IMG/VR virus record: IMGVR_UViG_3300030019_000026
Source: a virus
DNA: 64,000 nt
Strand: one strand, 5' to 3'
In this document: piece after piece, positions 30,723 to 39,048 of the stretch
Position numbering within the stretch: the first letter of the stretch is position 1
How the letters are laid out: each line of letters starts with the position of its first letter
Made by a program: the position numbers and the translations under genes
The notes under the pieces: model-generated
The model's input: only the letters and a program-made list of their open reading frames with translations
Database searches by the model: none
What the model was told of the DNA's origin: nothing

Positions 30723-31946
30723 ATGGAGGAAAAGTTTAGAAAGTTAGAAAGTGAGTCAAGAGAAAAGTATATACATAGAATGTATTCTAATAAAATACAA
30801 TTTAATATGATTAATAGAGAAATTGCAGAAGTAATTAATCAAGAACTTGGAACAGACTTCCAAGAGAGTTATTTCCGTGGTATATATAAAATTTATGAAA
30901 TTGCATGTTCTGAATGTTTGGAATCTTTAAAAGGTGACAAAGAAGTAAAAAACAAAATTGATGAAATTGCTGAGTTAATTGGTGAATTAGATGTAAAGAA
31001 AATGCTAGTTAGAAATGATACCACTAAACTTAATAAGATAAAAAGAGATTTTGTTAAGACAATTGAAATAGCTAATGATTTAAAAGAATGTATGCTAGAA
31101 AATTATACAGACTTTCCTAAGTTTGAATATGAAATAATAACAGATGTATCAAATAATAAATTAATAGTTCAAGTCAGCGATTGGCACGTGGGTTATGTTA
31201 TTAATGGATATAAAGGGAATTATTACAACTATGAAATTGCAAAGAAAAGACTTAATAAATTGCTAATTGAAATAGACAAAACTTGTATTTTATATAATAT
31301 TAATTCAGTGGTAGTTGTAAATTGTGGAGATGCTATAGAAAATCTATATATGCGTAAAAATCAAAGTTATGAATGTGAATTTGATTTATCTCATCAAATA
31401 GCATATGCATCAAAATTATTATATAGCTTTATAACTCAAATATCATCAAAGAAAAGAAATGTTGAAGTATATTCAGTGGGTGGTAATCATAGCCGATTGA
31501 GTGAAAAAGATGCAAATGTTGAAGGCGATAATGCTAATGTAATTATTAATGAAAACTTAAAAACGTTTGTTGAGATATCTGAAAATAAAAGAATACATAT
31601 AAATGATATTGATTATGTTGATGATAGTGCTTATTTTAAAATTAATGGAATGAATGTAAAAGTTATTCATGGAGATAATAGAATTTCAGATAAAAAGAAA
31701 TTATTTGATTCAGAATCTACAATGGACAACACAGAATATAAACTTATTCTAAGGGGGCATGACCATAATTTCAATATAACTTCTCAAAATAATGGGGGAT
31801 ATGTTGTTACAAGTGGTTCATTATTTGGATATAATCCTTATTCTGTTAAGAAAATGAGTTGTACTACAAATGCTAGTCAAACATTAATAGTTATTAATGA
31901 AAATGATATAGAATGTATCAAGGATATAAATTTGCAAATAAATTAA
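30723..31946 (+). CDS. Calcineurin-like metallophosphoesterase (YonJ-like)
   Basis: SDWHVG, CGDAIE, GGNH, IHGD and GHDH motifs. Confidence 0.85.
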   Translation: MEEKFRKLESESREKYIHRMYSNKIQFNMINREIAEVINQELGTDFQESYFRGIYKIYEIACSECLESLKGDKEVKNKIDEIAELIGELDVKKMLVRNDTTKLNKIKRDFVKTIEIANDLKECMLENYTDFPKFEYEIITDVSNNKLIVQVSDWHVGYVINGYKGNYYNYEIAKKRLNKLLIEIDKTCILYNINSVVVVNCGDAIENLYMRKNQSYECEFDLSHQIAYASKLLYSFITQISSKKRNVEVYSVGGNHSRLSEKDANVEGDNANVIINENLKTFVEISENKRIHINDIDYVDDSAYFKINGMNVKVIHGDNRISDKKKLFDSESTMDNTEYKLILRGHDHNFNITSQNNGGYVVTSGSLFGYNPYSVKKMSCTTNASQTLIVINENDIECIKDINLQIN

Positions 31947-31966
31947 TTAAAATAACGAGGTGTAAT

Positions 31967-32131
31967 ATGAATACAAAAATCATAGTAAATCCAACTATAG
32001 CAAGACAACTTTTACACAAAGGACATGCTATAGTAGATATTAAACCTAAAAAAGAAAATAAAAAAGAAACTGTTTTTGTATTTGAAAATACAGAGCAATT
32101 TAAGAATGATTTGACTTCTATTAGTAAATAG
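31967..32131 (+). CDS. DUF5659-like small protein (54 aa)
   Basis: IARQLLHKG..IVDIKPKKENKKETVFVFENTE; GAGGTG SD before ATG 31967. Confidence 0.65.
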   Translation: MNTKIIVNPTIARQLLHKGHAIVDIKPKKENKKETVFVFENTEQFKNDLTSISK

Positions 32132-32169
32132 GAGTCTTTTTATTATAAAAAATTCATAGAAAGAAGGAA

Positions 32170-33186
32170 TTGATAACAATGAAAATAGGAAATTTAGAAG
32201 TGTATGGTATCATATATAAAATAGAAAATTTTGTCAATGGTAAAGTTTATATTGGACAAACTATAAATGGGTTTGATAAGAGATATCCTTATAATGGAGT
32301 TGATATTGAAAGAGTTTATAATTATTCTATTTATAATAAAAATAATTACAGAAATTATAATGACCATTTATTTAAATCAATTAAAAAATATGGATTTGAT
32401 TCTTTTCAGATTAATAAAGTGTTTGATATGGCATTTTCACAAGACGAACTAAATATTAAAGAACAGTGTTGGATAAAATATTACAATTCTGCAAATGGAA
32501 ATTATGGTTATAATAATGATGAAGGTGGAAATAGTGGGATTCCTAACAATGAAGCAAGAGAAAATATGAGAAATGCACAAATTAAAATTCCAATTATTCA
32601 ATTAGATTTAAAAGGAAATCTAATAAATGAATGGTCTGGAGCAAGAGAAGTTTCTAAAAAATTAAATATTAATCAATCTTGTATATGGGAATGTTTAAAC
32701 AAAGGAAGGAAAACTTATAAGGGATATATTTGGATATATAAAACTGAATATTATGAATTAAATAAGAAAGTAGATTTAGATTTTTATACTTTTAATAAAG
32801 GACAAAAGATAGAAATTGTACAATTTGATTTTCAAAGAAATATAATTAAAGTATGGGATAGTGCATTATCCATAGAAAAAGAAACTAATGGATGTTTTGA
32901 TGCAAGCACAATAATAAAAGTATGTAAACATAAATTATTATCTAGTAAAGAATATATATTTTTATATAATAAAGGCAATATTAATGAAGAATTTATAAAT
33001 CATATAAATATATATAATAAGTCACACAAGAAAAAAGTAGTTTTTCAATTATATGATAATAAACTAATTAAGATATGGAAGAGTGTAAAAGAAATGGTTA
33101 TAAATTTTAATGATACGTCTATATATAATAAATTAAATGAAAATAAAGAAATATTAAAGGATAATATCTTTACATATGAAATTTAA
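32170..33186 (+). CDS. GIY-YIG homing endonuclease with NUMOD1-type repeats
   Basis: YGIIYKIENFVNGKVYIGQT; LNIKEQCWI..YGYN; repeated IIQLDLKG...W.S modules. Confidence 0.85.
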   Translation: MITMKIGNLEVYGIIYKIENFVNGKVYIGQTINGFDKRYPYNGVDIERVYNYSIYNKNNYRNYNDHLFKSIKKYGFDSFQINKVFDMAFSQDELNIKEQCWIKYYNSANGNYGYNNDEGGNSGIPNNEARENMRNAQIKIPIIQLDLKGNLINEWSGAREVSKKLNINQSCIWECLNKGRKTYKGYIWIYKTEYYELNKKVDLDFYTFNKGQKIEIVQFDFQRNIIKVWDSALSIEKETNGCFDASTIIKVCKHKLLSSKEYIFLYNKGNINEEFINHINIYNKSHKKKVVFQLYDNKLIKIWKSVKEMVINFNDTSIYNKLNENKEILKDNIFTYEI

Positions 33187-33294
33187 CATAGTGTAGATAA
33201 ACTTCAATGTACAACACATGCAAGTCAAACTCTAATTGTAGTTAATTATGATGGAGTTGAATATATAAGAGATATAAATTTACAGATAAATTAA
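33187..33294 (+). pseudogene. Orphan second copy of the metallophosphoesterase 3' end
   Basis: Reads HSVDKLQCTTHASQTLIVVNYDGVEYIRDINLQIN*, versus YSVKKMSCTTNASQTLIVINENDIECIKDINLQIN* at 31839-31946. No start codon. Confidence 0.85.
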
Positions 33295-33316
33295 AATAAA
33301 TAGTAAAGGGTTAAAG

Positions 33317-33922
33317 GTGAATTATATGGGAGAGTATCAAATAGTAAATAGATTGCTAGAAGAAATGAAAAGATTAGATTATCTTAATGATAATACTATA
33401 TACCTTGATTGTGAAATAGATAGGGAATCCCAAGTAATGTTTTGTAGGCAGTTAAGAAAATTAGCAGTTCAGGAATTAAATAAACCAGAAAAAGATAGAA
33501 AACATATAAAAGTTAGAATATCAAGTTTTGGTGGTTGGGTATGTGCGGTTTTCGCAATGATATCTGATATGGAATATTGGCAAGAACAAGGTATAATAGT
33601 TGAAACTTATTGTGATGGATATACAGCAAGTGGAGGTAGTAAAATACTTATGGCAGGAAGTAAAGGGTATAGATTTATAACTAGATATGCAACAGTATTA
33701 ATTCATCAATCTAATAGCTATAAACAAGGTCAATCAACATTACAGGAAGACATCGTAGAAGTTAGAGAATCTTTAAAAGATTGGGATACAATTTGTAATA
33801 TATTTAGAAAACATACCAAATTAACTGAAGAAGATATTTTTAATTATACTGATAAGAATGTTAATTTTACTTACAGACCACAAGAATGTCTTGATAAAGG
33901 CATAGTGGATAAAATAATATAA
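33317..33922 (+). CDS. clpP: ClpP-family protease subunit
   Basis: ISSFGGWV, YTASGGS (catalytic Ser), LIHQ, ECLDKGIVDKI. Confidence 0.8.
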   Translation: MNYMGEYQIVNRLLEEMKRLDYLNDNTIYLDCEIDRESQVMFCRQLRKLAVQELNKPEKDRKHIKVRISSFGGWVCAVFAMISDMEYWQEQGIIVETYCDGYTASGGSKILMAGSKGYRFITRYATVLIHQSNSYKQGQSTLQEDIVEVRESLKDWDTICNIFRKHTKLTEEDIFNYTDKNVNFTYRPQECLDKGIVDKII

Positions 33923-33930
33923 GGATATAG

Positions 33931-34275
33931 GTGAGAAATATGAATGAAGAATTAAATCAAGAACAAGAAGTGATGGAAGATGACTATATTGGTTATGAAG
34001 AACAAATGGGATTAGTTTCTGTAGATGAAGAGTTAAAAAGAATAGTTATTCAAGATAATCCTACATCTGAAACAAGTGAATATACCACGAACAGTGATTT
34101 CTACCAAGAAAATATGATTTATATAGAAACTATAGGTGAATGTTTTCAAAAATTAATTGGGTATGGTATTGATTATAATAATGCAGTTAGTATTTCTAAT
34201 AATGTATATCAAAATTCAGTTAATGAAAAGTTAGCAAAGATTCAACAAATTGTAGTAGAACAGAATCAACCATAA
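33931..34275 (+). CDS. Hypothetical protein
   Basis: 114-aa ORF. Confidence 0.55.
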   Translation: MRNMNEELNQEQEVMEDDYIGYEEQMGLVSVDEELKRIVIQDNPTSETSEYTTNSDFYQENMIYIETIGECFQKLIGYGIDYNNAVSISNNVYQNSVNEKLAKIQQIVVEQNQP

Positions 34276-34295
34276 AATAAAGTGAGGTAAAAATA

Positions 34296-34871
34296 ATGAA
34301 TAATAAAAATATAAACACAGAAAAAGTATATGAAGATTATTTAGATGCATTGATGAAAATTTTAAAGGATTTTGATAATATTTCATTCATACTGTCAAAT
34401 GATAAGGCTTTAGAATTAGTTGAAAGAATGGAAACTTTAGGTTATAAATTCAATGAATATGATACTTTTAGTTTTAAAGAATTTGAAGAATTATATAATA
34501 CTGATATATTATTAATTTCTAAATCATATTGGGACGATGAAGAACATTATAGTTTAGAAAGTGCTTATGGATACGACCATTTAAAAACTATTGAGGGACA
34601 AGATGTAGTATTTGTTGAAGAAGACTTAATTGATTCTGATGAATTAAAAGAATATATTAATTGTCCAATAGTAACTTTAACTGAAAAGGAATATTCTGAA
34701 GACGAAGAAGATGAGTTAGATAATTTATTTGAGGAGTTAACACAAGAAGTTTTTGATGATATTATAGAAAATCAAGATGATGAAGAATTTTGTCTACATT
34801 GTTCAATTAAAGATGCTATCATTAAGGCTTATGAAATTGGTTTGATAGATGGAGTAAGTAACAAAGAATAA
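34296..34871 (+). CDS. Hypothetical acidic protein
   Basis: 191-aa ORF with GAGGT SD. Confidence 0.6.
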   Translation: MNNKNINTEKVYEDYLDALMKILKDFDNISFILSNDKALELVERMETLGYKFNEYDTFSFKEFEELYNTDILLISKSYWDDEEHYSLESAYGYDHLKTIEGQDVVFVEEDLIDSDELKEYINCPIVTLTEKEYSEDEEDELDNLFEELTQEVFDDIIENQDDEEFCLHCSIKDAIIKAYEIGLIDGVSNKE

Positions 34872-35111
34872 TAAATTAATGTAAATAGAATAAAAGTAAT
34901 GTTTTAAAGGCTTTTACTCTACGAGGTGTTTCAGCTAAAGCTGATTTGTTGTGGCGTAATCAAAGATTACTTACAACATAGAATTAATTAAATATGGTTT
35001 AAATGGCTAGATGATTGAGGTTGTCTAGTCTCTTTTATTGTTTTCTAATATCTATCTAGATGGTAGGTAGTTTAAATAATAAAATAATGTTTAATTAGGA
35101 GGAATGTAATT

Positions 35112-36014
35112 ATGGCAGGAGAATATACTGCAAAGATTAGAGATTATAAAAATATAATCAAAAGTAATGGAATTGTAACAGAATATGGTGAGGTAATAGA
35201 AAATATAAGCGATAGGTCTTTGGAATTAATTGCAATGGATTTTATTACTATGGAGGAACAAGGTAAAGAAAAGAAATTAGATATAATACAAATGAAAGAA
35301 GAGCAAACTGAATTTCAACAATATTTATTAAATTGTTATGGTAGTTTTTATTTTAACTTTTATAAACGATTTGGAAATATTGAAAAACAATTCTTATTCA
35401 GATTTATATATTTGGCAACTTTTATGAATTATGATAATCTATTATCAGATGGAAAGAAATTAATAAAAGAAGAAAAATTAATAGATATATTTAATTTAGG
35501 GAAAACTGAGTTCTATAAGACTAAAAAGTATTTAATTGAAAATAAATTTATAACTATACAAGATAATAAAACAATATTAATTAATGATAAATATTGTAAA
35601 AAAGGTAAAATAAATAAAACTAAATCAATTGAGGTGGTAAGAATGTTTAATGACGCAATTAGAGAGTTGTATGAAAAGTCTACTCCAAAAGAACATAAAA
35701 AATTAGCTTTATTAATAGAAATATTACCTTTGATAAATCTTAAATTTAATGTGATATGTCACAACCCAAAGTGTGAATATGAAGAAAATATAGAACCATA
35801 TGCAATGTCTGATTTGTGTAGTGAATTAGGATATGATAAAACACATGCAAGTAGACTAAAGAAAGATTTATTAAAATTAAAAGTAAATAATGAATTAGTT
35901 ATTGGAATATTCGAAAAAGATAATGGAAAAGCAATTTATGTAAATCCATCTATATATTATAAAGGAATTAAAATGGAGGATATTAAAAACCTACAATCAA
36001 TGTTTAGGATATAA
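35112..36014 (+). CDS. Winged-HTH / RepL-like DNA-binding protein
   Basis: FIYLATFMNYDN...KLIDIFNLGKTEFYK HTH; C-terminal YVNPSIYYKG. Confidence 0.5.
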   Translation: MAGEYTAKIRDYKNIIKSNGIVTEYGEVIENISDRSLELIAMDFITMEEQGKEKKLDIIQMKEEQTEFQQYLLNCYGSFYFNFYKRFGNIEKQFLFRFIYLATFMNYDNLLSDGKKLIKEEKLIDIFNLGKTEFYKTKKYLIENKFITIQDNKTILINDKYCKKGKINKTKSIEVVRMFNDAIRELYEKSTPKEHKKLALLIEILPLINLKFNVICHNPKCEYEENIEPYAMSDLCSELGYDKTHASRLKKDLLKLKVNNELVIGIFEKDNGKAIYVNPSIYYKGIKMEDIKNLQSMFRI

Positions 36015-36224
36015 AAGAAGACCAAGAATAGCTAAATGTTGTGAGTGTGTTGATATGACAAGTCTAAGCTAATTTTCATGTTCATAAAAAGGCTAGTTCG
36101 ATTTATATAGTTCACAAAAAGGCTAATTAGCGAATAAATTAATGGAATTAGTATTGAAATGTATACCTATTTATGGTAGTATAAGTATAGAAACAAATTA
36201 ATAAATAAATAGGAGTGAATTAAT

Positions 36225-36413
36225 ATGGAAAAGAAATATTTCAAGGTAGATTCTTTAAGTTTGGCAAGAGCTATGAATTATTTATGTTATAATTTTATGA
36301 AATTTGAGTTAGATGGGAAGACGGTTTATAGTTTTGAAGATACCGAAGAATTTAGAAAAGATTTAAAAATATTAAATGGATTAAGAAAGAAAAATAATAA
36401 ATATAATAAATAG
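36225..36413 (+). CDS. DUF5659-like small protein (62 aa)
   Basis: GKTVYSFEDTEEFRKDL, similar to the 31967 protein. Confidence 0.55.
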   Translation: MEKKYFKVDSLSLARAMNYLCYNFMKFELDGKTVYSFEDTEEFRKDLKILNGLRKKNNKYNK

Positions 36414-36470
36414 TGAAATAAAATAAGTAATATTAGATAAGAGAATTTTAGATGAAAGAAGGAATTAATT

Positions 36471-37550
36471 ATGGGAAAAGGACAACCGTGGTTGACAGAA
36501 GATGAAGAATTTTTAAGAGAAAATTACATAGAATTATCCAAAGAAGAATTAATGAAGAGATTCAATACAAGAACTTGGAAGGGAATAAAACATAAAGCCA
36601 ATGATATGGGAATAAAGAAACAAAATAATTATGAAGATATTCCATTTGATGAATTATATGAAATAGAAAATGGAATAAAATATAAAAAGTGCAAATGTTG
36701 TAGACGATATTTGCCATTTGAAATGACATATTTTCCAAAGGATAATGCTTGTATTGATGGTTTCAGACATATTTGTAAAGAATGTAAGGGAGAAAATTTT
36801 GGATTGTCTAATGCTATTGATTGGACGGATAAAGATGTAAAATTATTAAAAGAAATTTATTCTGATATGATTAATGAAGATATTATAAAAGAATATTTTC
36901 CAAATAGAAAATTAAAACATTTAACTGATAAAGCATGGAAATTAGATTTAAAGAAAACCAAAGATATCTTACAACAAAGTAGATTGATGAGTGATGAAGG
37001 TAGAATTAAGGTGTCAAATGCTAGAAAATCAGAAGGGTACTTTAATGGCGAAAATAATCCAATGTTTGGGTCTGCTAGGTTTGGAAGTCTAAACCCTAAT
37101 TATAAGGGTGGTATTAGTAATATAGAAAATGAGTTAAGAAGAAATTTAAATCAATGGAAAATAGATAGTATGAAAGATTGTAATTTCAAATGTATTTTCA
37201 CAGGAGAAAGATTTGACCATATTCATCATTTATATAGTTTTGATAGTATAGTTATAGATACTTTACAAGAATTAAATATTCCAATATATGAAAATATAAG
37301 TAATTATACAGATGTAGAATTAAAACAGATTATAAATAGATGTATAGAAATCCACTATAGATATCCATTAGGAAAATGTATGAAAGAAGAATATCATAAA
37401 ATATTTCATCAAAATTATGGATATGGAACAAATACACCTAGTCAATTTGATGAATTTTTAATTAGATTCTTTAATGGAGAATTCGATGAGCAATTAGAAG
37501 AAGAATATAGAAGTAATAAAATATTAGAAAATTTAAAAGTCGCTAATTAA
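36471..37550 (+). CDS. HNH-type free-standing homing endonuclease (Zn finger + NUMOD3-like)
   Basis: CKCC...CKEC; GENNPMFG / NPNYKGG; CIFTG...HIHHL...YHKIFH..YG. Confidence 0.7.
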   Translation: MGKGQPWLTEDEEFLRENYIELSKEELMKRFNTRTWKGIKHKANDMGIKKQNNYEDIPFDELYEIENGIKYKKCKCCRRYLPFEMTYFPKDNACIDGFRHICKECKGENFGLSNAIDWTDKDVKLLKEIYSDMINEDIIKEYFPNRKLKHLTDKAWKLDLKKTKDILQQSRLMSDEGRIKVSNARKSEGYFNGENNPMFGSARFGSLNPNYKGGISNIENELRRNLNQWKIDSMKDCNFKCIFTGERFDHIHHLYSFDSIVIDTLQELNIPIYENISNYTDVELKQIINRCIEIHYRYPLGKCMKEEYHKIFHQNYGYGTNTPSQFDEFLIRFFNGEFDEQLEEEYRSNKILENLKVAN

Positions 37551-37601
37551 TCTTAGTGGCTTTTTATTGTGTAAAAATAAAAAAAGTAGGTGAAAAATAT
37601 A

Positions 37602-38960
37602 ATGGCAGATTTCAAGACGAAAGATTTAGAAGAGCAAATGAAGGGAAAGACTAGATGCACTAAATGTGGAAAGATACTTGCTGATGGTAATTTTTATACT
37701 TCTAATTCTAAATTGAATAGACATACAGGAAGATTATCATTATGTAAAGATTGCTTAACTAATTTTTATATATCATTTTTAGAAGAAACAAATGATATTA
37801 GAATATCTATATATAAATTGTGTGAAATAGTTGATTTTGTATATTTAGAAAATATATATGAGAGTTCACTAACTGAAGCAGGATGGAATAAGAATTTTAC
37901 TGTGGTTGAGAATGGACTTGAGGTATGGAAAAAATATATAAAAACTATCAACTCTTTAAAAAACTATAAGGGTTATGCTTTTGAACATGGGGATAAAATT
38001 TATAATAATTGTGAAAGTAATTTACCATCAATAGAAGTTATAGAAGAAAATGATACAAGTCTTAAAAAAATTAAAGAATTATCTGACGATGATATAGAAC
38101 AAAAAGTTAGAGATAAACAGAATAAAGAAGACATAATTAGAATAATTGGTTATAATCCATTTGAAAACGAAATAGAAGAAGATAAATCAAAAATGTATGC
38201 TAAATTAATTAATATGCTTAATGAAGATACTCAAGAGGATGAATTAAAACTAGGTGCAATCATTAGTATTATAAAAGGTCAAAATCAAGAAAATAAAATA
38301 AATGATGTTATTACAAGTTTGAGTTCAGATATAAAAAGTATAAAAGATAATATAGGAACTATTAAAAGTTTAACAGATACTAAAGAGAAACTTAACAAAA
38401 GTTTACTAGCTTTGGCAAAAGATAATAAAATAAGTGATTTGTATAGTGGTCACAAAACTGTAGGTGCTAATACTTTGTCAGGTATACTAAAAAAACTAAA
38501 AGAAATAGATTTACAAGAAGCGCAGGTAAATTTATTTGATATTCAAACATCAATGGGAATGTTGCAAGTTGCCAGACTATCTGCTCAAGCTATGGTAGAG
38601 AATTTAAACTTTGGAGATGATGATTTAATAGATATTGGTAAATTTCAAAGGTCAAAAATTGATTTCTATGAAAGTGAATATAGTAAATTAAGAGAAGAAA
38701 ATAGAAAATTAAAAGTTCTTTGCAATTTTAATGATGTAGATTATTCTCAAGAAATTGAAGAAACTGAATACGCAGATGTACTTCAATATACAGAAATAGA
38801 AATAAAAAAACAAGAAGAAGATTTAATGGCTTTTAATAAAATGGTAGAAGAAGTATTGCCAATAGATACTGAGGATTATGCAAGTTTTGTTATTGAAGAA
38901 AAGGGAAAAAAAGAAAAGGAAAAGATACTGGAAAGTGTAAAAAATGGAGAATTAATTTAA
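37602..38960 (+). CDS. Zn-finger protein upstream of terL (candidate small terminase, YonG-like position)
   Basis: CTKCG...NFY...CKDC; AGGTGA SD before ATG 37602; synteny only. Confidence 0.5.
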   Translation: MADFKTKDLEEQMKGKTRCTKCGKILADGNFYTSNSKLNRHTGRLSLCKDCLTNFYISFLEETNDIRISIYKLCEIVDFVYLENIYESSLTEAGWNKNFTVVENGLEVWKKYIKTINSLKNYKGYAFEHGDKIYNNCESNLPSIEVIEENDTSLKKIKELSDDDIEQKVRDKQNKEDIIRIIGYNPFENEIEEDKSKMYAKLINMLNEDTQEDELKLGAIISIIKGQNQENKINDVITSLSSDIKSIKDNIGTIKSLTDTKEKLNKSLLALAKDNKISDLYSGHKTVGANTLSGILKKLKEIDLQEAQVNLFDIQTSMGMLQVARLSAQAMVENLNFGDDDLIDIGKFQRSKIDFYESEYSKLREENRKLKVLCNFNDVDYSQEIEETEYADVLQYTEIEIKKQEEDLMAFNKMVEEVLPIDTEDYASFVIEEKGKKEKEKILESVKNGELI

Positions 38961-39048
38961 TAAATAAGCTTAGATAATTGAAGGCACAGTAATGTGTCTT
39001 TTGTTGCATTTGCAAACTTTATCTATATAAAAAAGGAGGTGGTCTTAA

